From positions 28,086,001 through 28,150,000 of the forward strand of contig JAGIQG010000014.1 of the NCBI GenBank assembly GCA_024679065.1: DNA of 64,000 nt, in the 5' to 3' direction. The notes beneath the pieces were generated by a model, which did not search any database, was not told the DNA's origin, and was given only the letters and a program-made list of their open reading frames with translations. Shown one piece after another: positions 22,601-34,600 of this stretch (the stretch's first letter is position 1; the number at the start of each line of letters is the position of its first letter). Position numbers and translations under genes: made by a program. Source of the stretch: Sphyrna mokarran. Lineage: Eukaryota.

Positions 22601-25600
22601 ATCGTATTCATGAATCCAAATTCGGCACAAAATAAACCTGCTTGGCAAAAGCCTCTTTCGGGTGCTCCAGCTTATGAAAAGGTGGTGGGAGGGGGGAAGG
22701 GTGAGGTGGGGGTGCCAGATCGATGGTGGGAGGGGGGGGAAGGGTGAGATGGGGGGGGGAAGATCATCTTTGGTGTGGGGCGGGGGGGTGAGGCGGCGAG
22801 AGAAGGGAGGTCCTATCATTTTGGTTGGGTGGGGGCAGGTCAGCTGTATCTCGGGTGAGGAGGCGGGGGGAGAAGGCCAGATTGTTGTCTACTGGGTGGG
22901 GGGGGTGGGGGGGGAGGTTGATAACAGTCAACAGTCCAGACTGGACAACAGTCCAGATTGTTGTCTGTGGTGGGAGGTTGCAGGGAGACTGCTACCATCT
23001 GCGAGCAATTGGTGAGGGTGAAGGGGGGGATAGAGGGTCGCGAATGGTCTGAGAAGTGGGTGGATAAGGGGGGGGCAGTTACGTTGCGGGGGTGGGGTGA
23101 TGTCTATGGGGGCTATTGAACAAAGAGCAAAGAACAAAACAGCATGGGAAACAGGCCCTTCAGCCCAACGAGCCCGGGCCCCACCTCAATGTTCCCACAT
23201 CTACCCATGATCCTTGCCTATGTTTATAGATCTATGGATTAAAAACCAAATTTGAGACAATTTAGGGAGAATTTGTTTTGCCAGTTAGCCTAAGAGCACA
23301 TCTTTGGGATGTGGGAAAAAACCGGAGCACCCGGAGAAAACCCACGCAAGCAGGGGGAGAATGCGCAAACTCCCACAGACACAGGCCCAAATCCATGTAT
23401 CTGCACAGCACAGCGATAGTCACTGAGCTGTCGTGTTGCCCATCAAATGGTCCAGGTCAAGCGTACATTAACGACGTGAAGCACTAGGATACTCTCGAAA
23501 AAAAATCCAAGAGCAGCCCTCTCACGACCCATCGCGTGTATGCCCCTTGTTAGACAACAAGGTGGACCAAAGCACCTGTTGCTCCCACTTTTTCACTGCC
23601 AGGCCGCTTCATCCACTTTTTGTGGCCTGGGAGCGATGTGATAGGGGCATGTTTTTCAAATCTTTTTCCTCACTGCATATGTGCTGTTCAACGCTTCAAT
23701 TGGGGCTGCAATGCTTTGGCGCAATAAGCCCCACACACAGCCTGATTCAGACTGGCGATTTTTTTTCGAGCTAAGTGCCTATGTGAGCGTCTGAGAACAG
23801 ATTTCCAACTCGGATCTGAATTGCGCCCAGATTCAGCACGTAGAATCAAAATGGTAAAATTGGGCCCATCATATTGCCATTAGTGGACAGTTGGCAAGAA
23901 AAGAGTACCATCTTTTTCTTGTTTGTAATATTAGATAGGAATGTGGAAGGATATGGAGCTAAATGGAATAAATAGAATTGTGGCACTGATCAACTTCGAT
24001 CTAACTGAGTGGTGGAAGAGGCTCGGTTACTGAATATCTGACTCCTGTTTTTATTGATAAGTCATGATATTCCCGTCACGGCAGCTGGTTGGTAAGCTGT
24101 ATTCTCTGTACTGTGCTGTCTGTTCATTCTCTCTCACTGCAATGGACACTGAATTATTCCTGTCTTTATCTGGATTGTTTCGGGTTCAGTCCCCTCTGAA
24201 GTGCGAGGATTCCTGGGGCAGTCAGTCACATTGCCCTGCACATACTCTGTTACACAGCATGGTAAAACTGCAATGTGCTGGGGCAGGGGAGAGTGCCCCA
24301 AATCGGGTTGTTCACAAACAGTGGTTGTAACAAATGGGAAAACTGTAACTTACACATTCTCCTCAAAATATCACCTTGATGGTAAAATAGAGGAAGGGGA
24401 TGTATCTCTCACCGTGGATAATCTCAGTAAAGGAGACAGTGGCTGGTATTGCTGCCGTGTAGAGATATCCGGCCTTCTTAATGATCAGAAAGAGAATTTC
24501 AATCTGCTGGTTTTGAAGGGTAAGTCAGTTCAATATTATCCATTACCTGTATTTCTCCCATTTCAATACTGATTCTAGATTTATTGTTGATGTCTTGTTG
24601 AATATCGAGGGATGAAGCGGGGATGTCCCGCTCCCACTTGCATCCGCTCGGTTAAAATTGCGCCCTCGTCCGCGACAATACGGAAGGTTTAATGCACACA
24701 GACAACGAGCCTGTTACTTTTCCATAGAGAAGCGCTGTGTTAATTGGTGACAGTGGCAGAACATGGGCAGGAGAGATACTTCACAGCTAAAGATGAATGA
24801 ACTGTATCCCTGGGTATACACTGCATTCCCGCTGAATGTAGAACGGGATTTAAATATTTGGAAGCAGCAAATAACAATGTAACAATTATGACATATAGCT
24901 AAAAATATGCAGTACATGAATATTATGCTATAATATTTATTGTATATGATTATTTTTCGATGGGTGATTACTGAGTTCACTGGACAACTAAATGATTTCG
25001 TTCATTGTTTCATGTGAAGCTGTGAAGTAGTTCACCATAAAACAAAGATGCAGGGTTAGCCTTGCTCAGAAAGCCAACAGATACTTTGGTTTTATTTCCT
25101 TCCTGTTGGATGTTGCTCCGTATTTTAACTGGTTCCCCTGAAATTTTATATTATCCAGTTTTTCTTTCTGCCTGTAGTTTTACTTCATTTTTCTCAGTTG
25201 CTGCTGGCAATCGAATGATACCAAACACAGATGCAGATGGATATTTCTTTAGGGGATCTGGACGTGTGGAAACTTTGTGATGGAGAGAAACATGATATGA
25301 GTGAGGGGCGAATCAATGCAGCTCAATGGTTACAGTAACATTTTGTTTGACATTGCAGAGTCTGCACTTTCTCCTTCTCATGATATCTTTTACACAAGTG
25401 AGACTTCATGTTACTAAGTCTTTCCATGTCAAATATAGTGACAAATACACATTTGTTGTGGATTAGAGATATGAGGGTAGAACAGAAAGCTTTCATTGGG
25501 TAGCAGTAAGTAGAAATGCCTTAAGCAGAAATGCCACATGTAGTTCATTAAATCCCTACAGTTCAGAAGAGGGCATTCGGCTCACTGAATCTGCTCTGAC

Positions 25601-28600
25601 TCTCCGACAGAGAAACTTACCCAGCCCTCTCTCCTACTGTATTCCCATAAATCCACGCATTTCCCATGGCTAATCCATCCAACTCCCATATTTTGGGACA
25701 TTGCCAGGGAGGGGGGCAACTTACCACTGAATTTGACCTTTGGACTGTGGGAGGAAACTGGAGCATCCGGATGAAACTCACAGAGTCACAGGGAGAATGT
25801 GCAAACTCCACACAGTCTTCCAAGGCCGGAATTGAACATATCTCTAGAGCAGTGCTAACCACTGTGCCACAATACCATCCTACTCTGTCACTATGCTGCC
25901 CAGGTGATCAACAGAATAGCTCCATGATTTCCAGGAATAGAAAGGAAAAAATGCTCAAGAACTGCTCAGGTAGTGGCAAACCATAGAAGTAACATTCTAC
26001 ACATCCATTATAAAGACAGATATCTGAGCATCCAATGCTGTCTCTTCATCCTCAAAGGAATTTCACTTTGCTGATTTGGAACAATGAATGACTGTGTATA
26101 AAAATGCAGTATCTATGAACAGCGTTTCACAGAATTCTTATGGCACAGAAAAGAGCAATTCAATCCATGGTGTCTGCACAGGCTCTTCAAATAAGCAACT
26201 CACACAGTTCATCACCATTCCATCATCTTCTTCTCTTTCAGAGAAAGGTATAATCTCTTTTTGAATGCTTCAATTAAGCCTCCCTCCATCACACTCATAT
26301 GCAGTGCATTCTGACCTTAACCACTCACTTTTCTCCAAGTGAAATAGTCCCAGTTTCATCAATGTATTTTCATAACTGAAGTTCCTTATCACTGGAAAGA
26401 TTCTCATGAATGTTTTCTGCATCATCTCTAATGCTTTCACATCCTATCTAAAATATCAGTGCACAGGACAGGACACATGCTTTTCCTGAGGCTGAACCTC
26501 CTTGCTCTTGTACTTTATACCCCAATCAAAAAAGCCTAGTTTATTATATGATTGATTAACCACTCTCTTGACCTGTGTTGCCACTTCCAATGACTTATGT
26601 ATATATTGTCCACATCCCTTTCCCTTACAGTTGCATCCTTTATTTTATATTGGCTATGTCCTTCCTTTCAAAATGAATCACGTCACTTTTCTTTGCATTC
26701 AATTTTATCTGCCAACTGTCTATTCATTCCACCAACTTGTCTGTGTTTTTTAAGTTCTACACTATCTTCCTCACAGTTTACAATCTATAATCTACAATGT
26801 TGAAATTGTGCCCGGAATGCCTAAGAGAGACCTGCCTGCTAAATAGTATATTCAGGAAAAGCAAGGGTCCCCACACTAATCACTGAGGAATGCTGCTGAA
26901 ATCCTTCCTCCAGCATGGAAACAACCATTGACTAGCACTCTTTGTTTCTTGTTGCTTAGACAATCCGTATCCATGTTGCTAATGTTCTTTTCATTCAATG
27001 AGCTTGCAAGTCTTGTATAGCCAGTGATGCAGCATTTCACAACTTATGTCAGCGCTAGCAGGACCTAGCGTTCTCCAGGAAGTATCTCGATAGTCAGTGG
27101 AAGCAAAGGAAAAGACTGCATTGTTTAGTGTTGGTATCTCTTGACCAAGCCACCGCTATTGAAGGCTCAGTTACTCCCTAGCTCAGAGAATTGAGGTGTC
27201 GAATTGCAGCACTCCACAAGGGTTTGGAAGGGTCCAGAGCGATTGACTTTGTGAACTTTGCTGAATAGCCACAGTTTGTAAATTTTATTAGTCCACAGCA
27301 TTAACCTGGCTACCAGTTGGCACAAACTAGCAGTATATTGACAAATATTGTTCCATTTAGTGCTCTATATGTGGCATGGTAGCACAGTAGTTAGCACTGT
27401 TGTCTCACAGTGTCAGGAACCTGGATTCTATTCCAGCCTTGAGTGACTGTGTGGAGTTTACACATTCTCCCTGTGTCTGCATGGGCTCTGATTTTCTCTG
27501 ACTTATGTAGATTAGGGTCATTAATGGGATAATTATGATGAATTGCGGGATAAGACACTTGGTTGGTCTCTTTGGTGAGCTAGTGCTGACCTGGTGGGAT
27601 GAGTAGACTTCTGCAGTATGTAGGGATTCTGTGATTTTACTAAGCATAAAATTCTTGTGTACAGAAATTGCACCTGGCAAAAAACTCAAAACTAAAGATG
27701 TCCATGTTTTTATGTTTTATTATCTGCCTCATTTTAAATATTTTGCCCAAACAAAATTCAGTTCAGAGGCAAGCATCTTCCATTTAAAATAAAGAAGGAA
27801 TGAGAGTAAAGAACTTGATCTTCCTTACTTTTACACGTCTAACTAGCCATTTCAAGAGTATCTATTGTAAAGACTTGCAGGTGGATGTAACCTATAGACT
27901 GAATGACATAATATATGGGATTTAGTACTAAGTGAGTTTGACTATACTGGGATTCTCCTAAAAACTTCCTAAGTGTGGAATTCGCCTAACAACTGGAATA
28001 AATCCCGCTGATTTTTTTCAGTGGGGTTTTCAAAATGGATCTTCCACACTCTGTGCATCACAGAGTGCCTTAGTGTGAATCACACTGTAAAGTTGAGGAT
28101 AGGTGTATTCCTGCTGGTGAGGCTAGCAGTAGGCGCTGAGCGAGCCATTGCGCATGCACTGATCTGCCAGGCGCTGCCAGTGGTGCATGCGCAGTAGCTC
28201 GGAGTGGTGGCGTCCTGATGTCTTGCCAATCTCATGACCCCGCATCAATAAGAATTTGAAGAGTTGTCCTGGCCTTAAATTAGGACAAATTTTGTAAATA
28301 GATGAGTGGAGCCACTTGTGGTTAGCTGGCAGAAAGCTGGCTAAATGGACTTCATGCTCTTTGTAACAGCCAGTGATATATCTTAGGAAAAAGGATACAG
28401 CTTTCTTTGTTACTAAAAGAGTGGGTGGCTGTTTCTGCCAATTTAAAGTGGCAGTTTGGAGTTCTCACTTCTGATTGTCATTTACTGGGCAGTGTTCTCA
28501 CTCCTGATTGTAATTTACTGGGCAGTGTTCTCGCTCCTGATTGTAATTTACTGGATAGTGTTCTCATTCCTGATTGTTATTTACTGGGCAGTGTTCTCAC

Positions 28601-31600
28601 TCCTGATTGTAATTTACTGGATAGTGTTCTCACTCCTGATTGTTATTTACTGGGCAGTGTTCTCACTCCTGATTGTAATTTACTGGATAGTGTTCTCACT
28701 CCTGATTGTTATTTGCTGGATAGTGTTCTCACTCCTGATTGCCATTTACTGGGCAGTGTTCTCACTCCTGATTCTTATTTACTGGATAGTGTTCTCACTC
28801 CTGATTCTTATTTACTGGGCAGTGTTCTCACCCCTGTTTGTTATTTACTGGGTAGTGTTCTCACTCCTGATTGTAATTTACTGGATAGTGTTCTCATTCC
28901 TGATTGTTATTTGCTGGATAGTGTTCTCACTCCTGATTGTTATTTACTGGGTAGTTTCTCACTCCTGATTGTTATTTGCTGGATAGTGTTCTCACTCCTG
29001 ATTGTTATTTACTGGGTAGTGTTCTCACTCCTGATTGTTATTTACTGGATAGTGTTCTCATGCCTGATTGTAATTTACTGGGTATTGTTCTCACTCCTGA
29101 TTGTAATTTACTGGGTATTGTTCTCACTCCTGATTGTTATTTACTGGGTAATGTTCTCACTCCTGATTGTTATTTGCTGGATAGTGTTCTCACTCCAGAT
29201 TGTAATTTACCGGGTAGTATTCTGACTCCTAATTGTTATTTACTGGGTAGTTTCTCACTCCTGATTGTTATTTACTGGGTAGTTTCTCACTCCTGATTGT
29301 TATTTACTGGGCAGTGTTCTCACTCCTGATTGTAATTTACCGGGTAGTATTCTGACTCCTAATTGTTATTTACTGGGTAGTGTTCTCACTCCTGATTGTT
29401 ATTTACTGGGTAGTTTCTCACTCCTGATTGTTATTTACTGGGTAGTGTTCTCACTCCTGATTGTTATTTACTGGGTAGTTTCTCACTCCTGATTGTTATT
29501 TGCTGGATAGTGTTCTCACTCCTGATTGTCATTTACTGTGCAGTGTTCTCACTCCTGATTCTTATTTACTAGATAGTGTTCTCACTCCTGATTCTTATTT
29601 ACTGGGCAGTGTTCTCACCCCTGTTTGTTATTTACTGGGTAGTGTTCTCACTCCTGATTGTCATTTACTGGGTAGTGTTCTCACTCCTGATTGTTATTTA
29701 CTGGGTAGTTTCTCACTCCTGATTGTTATTTACTGGATAGTGTTCTCACTCCTGATTGTAATTTACTGGGTAGTGTTCTCACTCCTGATTGTTATTTACT
29801 GGGCAGTGTTCTCACTCCTGATTGTCATTTACTGGGTAGTGTTCTCACTCCTGATTGTTATTTGCTGGATAGTGTTCTCACTCCTGATTGTCATTTATTG
29901 GGCAGTGTTCTCACTCCTGATTGTCATTTACTGGGTAGTGTTCTCACTCCTGATTGTTATTTGCTGGATAGTGTTCTCACTCCTGATTGTCATTTACTGG
30001 GTAGTGTTCTCACTCCTGATTGTTATTTGCTGGATAGTGTTCTCACTCCTGATTGTCATTTATTGGGCAGTGTTCTCACTCCTGATTGTCATTTACTGGG
30101 TAGTTTCTCACTCCTGATTGTTATTTACTGGGTAGTTTCTCACTCCTGATTGTTATTTACTGGGTAGTTTCTCACTCCTGATTGTTATTTGCTGGATAGT
30201 GTTCTCACTCCTGATTGTCATTTACTGGGCAGTGTTCTCACTCCTGATTGTTATTTACTGGGTAGTGTTCTCACTCCTGATTGTTATTTACTGGATAGTG
30301 TTCTCATGCCTGATTAGTATTTACTGGATAGTGTTCTCACTCCTGATTGTAATTTACTGGGTATTGTTCTCACTCCTGATTGTTATTTACTGGGTATTGT
30401 TCTCACTCCTGATTGTTATTTACTGGGTAACGTTCTCACTCCTGATTGTTATTTACTGGATAGTGTTCTCACTCCTGATTGTAATTTACTGGGTAGTGTT
30501 CTCACTCCTGATTGTTATTTACTGGGCAGTGTTCTCACTCCTGATTGTCATTTACTGGGTAGTGTTCTCACTCCTGATTGTTATTTACTGGATAGCGTTC
30601 TCACTCCTGATTGTCATTTACTGGGTAGTGTTCTCACTCCTGATTGTCATTTGCTGGATAGTGTTCTCACTCCTGATTGTCATTTACTGAGTAGTGTTCT
30701 CACTCCTGATTGTCATTTACTGAGTAGTGTTCTCACTCCTGATTGTTATTTACTGGGCAGTGTTCTCACTCCTGATTATCATTTACTGGGTAGTGTTCTC
30801 ACTCCTGATTGTCATTTGCTGGATAGTGTTCTCACTCCTGATTGTCATTTACTGAGTAGTGTTCTCACTCCTGATTGTCATTTACTGAGTAGTGTTCTCA
30901 CTCCTGATTGTCATTTACTGAGTAGTGTTCTCACTCCTGATTGTCATTTACTGGGCAGTGTTCTCACTCCTGATTGTCATTTACTGGGCAGTGTTCTCAC
31001 TCCTGATTGTCATTTACTGGGCAGTGTTCTCACTCCTGATTGTCATTTACTGGGCAGTGTTCTCACTCCTGATTGTCATTTACTGGGCAGTGTTCTCACT
31101 CCTGATTGTCTTTCCTGGGCAGTGTTCTCACTCCTGATTGTTATTTGCTGGGCAGTGTTCTCACTCCTGATTGTTATTTGCTGGGCAGTGTTTTCAGTGT
31201 GTTGTTCATTAGTGTCAGGATTCTCTGTTCCCGCTGCTGTCAATCAGATTTCCCACTGATGTCATCCCATGCTGCTACCGCTGATTGGACAATTCTGCTG
31301 GCATAAACTGTCTGAAACTGAAATCACGCAACTGTAGATATTGGTGAACAAATCTGGTACAGCGAAAGTAACTTTATATTTGCTGAGGAAAGCCAGTGGC
31401 TTTGAGCTGTTCTATATATTTCAGTGACTAAATTTTCAACTCAATTCTGACGTTGTTTCTTACAAACAGAAAATTGTCAGTTAGAAATGCTCCATTTATG
31501 AGAATGCATGTGAAATTTCACAACTCTATTCCATTTCATGGAAAAAGATGACCAAAAACGTTGACTATGAGGGTGATCAAGAAGAAAGAAAGAGGCAACT

Positions 31601-34600
31601 TACACATCCTTTTTCCAGCTGAATTGGCCATGATCATTTCATTTGATTACTGTTCCACTGAAGGCAATACTAAGTCTCCATTCTATAACAACTCACTATC
31701 TACCTACCATAGGCCATTTAGAGTGTCCACTTATCCGCAATGCTAAAATCAAAGTGACCACAAGAAAACTGAATCAACTTTATCCAAATCATTCAATATT
31801 CCATTCAAAAATCAACTAATCATTCCTGTCATTTCAGTCATCCATGTACCCTGAGTGCCTTTGTTGGTTCTACTGCTCCTACATAATACTACCGTAGTGG
31901 CTACAAGATATATGGTGTCTGACACTGCAGATAACCTTGCTGGCCAATCTCCAAGAGCTCTGTGTCTCATCAGCTCAACTTCAAACTGTGTTCACTTGGC
32001 ATGGAAAGCATCAGTCTGGACTGGGTGAGAGGCAACAGCAATGGAACTAGCAGAATAGCAATGGTGGGAGAATGAACTTTTTACCCCATATGCGGGTAGC
32101 AGATTCTTCCGTTCCATGGAGCCACTGCCACTTTCCCATGGTGACATTGAGCATTCATAGCCATTTGATGGAGTACACAGTTTGTTGGACTGCACTGACA
32201 TGGCTCCAAAAACTATCCCACAGTCAAGAAATTAGCCACATTTTTAACACGTGCTAGTCTGTGTATCCCAATGTATATGAAGGTTAAAATCTCTCATTAA
32301 GACTACTCGTGCTACATACTTGCCTAATTACAGAACTCATACAAGCTACCACTTCACAGCCATGATTGGGGATCCATACATAATTCTTGCATCATCCCTT
32401 CAATTATTTTCAATTTCATAACCCTCCCATAAAATCTTCACTGCTTGTTTATATCTTGTCGTATAATTGGGGTGATTTTTATCCTGAAGTATAAAGGCCC
32501 ATTTATCCCCCTATCATTCCTGTAAACCTTATCATCTGCTACGTTTTTCTAGCATATTTTAATTAAGTATGAATACTTTTGGTACAATTGTAGTTTAAAA
32601 TTGTTGCAGAAGTGATTGCCAATAATATTTTTTAGCTTTCACAGGTGATTCCACAGGAACGATTCCTCCGTTCACTCATGTGACCCAAACTACTGGACAC
32701 GGTAAGCGCACCAACTTCAGTGAGATCAAACACATTGCGTGATTTTGCAGCAGCATTCGCTGTGATAGTAAACTGCGATGCGGACGTAGAATCTCGTGAG
32801 AATCAGAAAACAAGATTCTCACTAACAAGATCTGATTTTCTCTGCGCACAGAGTAGAAAATTCCACCCATTGATTTGGTTTTTAAAAATTGCTATTGATC
32901 AAAGAATGAAAACAAAATTCAGCATTTAATATTAAATTTGGGGAAACCTGCTTTGATACCAAACATACGGTCTGTGAAATTATCTCAAGAAATAATCATT
33001 ATGCAGGTATTAATTAATAGTACAAATTTTTAATTTGTGATTGAAAATTATGAATAGACAGAGATATCAAAAGGACAGAGGGATGCACGTTCCAATGATT
33101 TCATGTGTGACAACTGAACATTCTTATCAAGCAGAACAATGGAATTCTTTGAAGAAAGGACAATTGCAAGCTGTATTGGCGGTCTTGCCAATGAGTTAAT
33201 ATGATAATAGTCTCGCTTACAATGATGTGACCCTGTCATCCATCACAGAACTTGTCTACCTGCGTTAGTGAAGAAGTTCACATTAACTGGATAGCTTAAG
33301 TTGAGAAATCAATTCACACTGGATCTATCCACTGGTACAGATATTTTTTTAAATTAATGTCACAAGTAGGTTTCCATTAACGCTGCACTGAAGTTACGGT
33401 GAAAATCTCCTAGTCACCATACTCCAGTGCCTGTTCGGGTACATTGAGGAAGAATTTAGCATGGCCAATGCATCTAACCAACAAGTCTTCTGGACTGTGG
33501 AAGGAAACTGGAGCACATGGAGAAACACACACAGACTTGAGAGGAATGTACAGATTCTGCACAGACAGTAACCCAAGCCAGGAATCAAACCCTGGTCCCT
33601 GGCACTGTGAGGCAGCAGTTCTGAACATTGTGCCATCCCAGTAATAGTATCCTGTCAATTGAAGGAGATTTAGATAGAAGCTGTCCCACCCAACCTAACC
33701 ATTAGGGGACAAAGAATAAGAGCAGAGTAGAAACATATGGCCCCTCACGCCTGTTATGCCAATTAATAAGATCATAGCTGATCTTCTATCTCATCTCCAC
33801 TTTCTGGCTTCATTCTCATATCCCATTGAAATAATAACATGGTGAGCATTCTACTTTCTGAGCTCCAGAGATGCTTCATTGCTACATTGATGAGAAGATA
33901 CCAATTGTTCTGGATTTCTGGATAAGGCCCTTAAAAACATAATCCCTTTTTTTTGCTTTCTTTCAGGGAACAAGATTTTCTCTTCCACTAACTCAATGAC
34001 TTCCTCACCAACTAAAAAGAATTCAACTCAAACTCCACACTCAATTGTGAGCAATTCAATTTTTCCCCAAATGCAATGGTTTTGTTTGCTTCTGTATTTT
34101 CTTGTTATTCTGGTCGATCTCTTGTCCCTGAGCTGATAGACACCCAGCATAAGGTGAGGAAGTGATAAGGGAGCATTGATGGTGAGTGAGAAATTTGGGT
34201 GTTCGTGATTGTTTCGTTTATACTGGTTTGGGAAATGATGTGGGAGTAGTCTGGAGGATCAAGGTGTAAGATGAATAGTGGGTTATAAAGCAGTTTCAGA
34301 AACAATAAGAAGAATTGATGAAGGAAAGGACTGAATATTTAGAGGGAGGGTATTTGATGCAGAGTTCTGAACATTAAAGGGATTTACAGCTGCAGTGAAC
34401 AGTTGAGTGTGAAAGGAATAAATTAGTGAAGATTTGAGAGCCTGTTGAACATTGGCAGCCATGTGTACAAGACGCACTGCAGGAACTCACCAAAATTCCT
34501 TTAGGCAGCAACTTCTAAACACATGACCACTACCATCTAGACAGACAAGAGCACCAGATACATGGAAACACCACCACCTGGAGATTCCCCGCCAAATCAC

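Noticed and set aside
27372-27445. tRNA gene
   Set aside because: It is a tRNA-derived SINE head followed by the V-domain, not a cloverleaf tRNA.
28407-31306. Long ORFs (up to 272 aa) in the 33-bp array as a standalone gene, or the array as CRISPR
   Set aside because: The ORFs result from a unit length divisible by 3 and are broken by 31-bp units. There are no unique spacers or cas genes, and the context is vertebrate.
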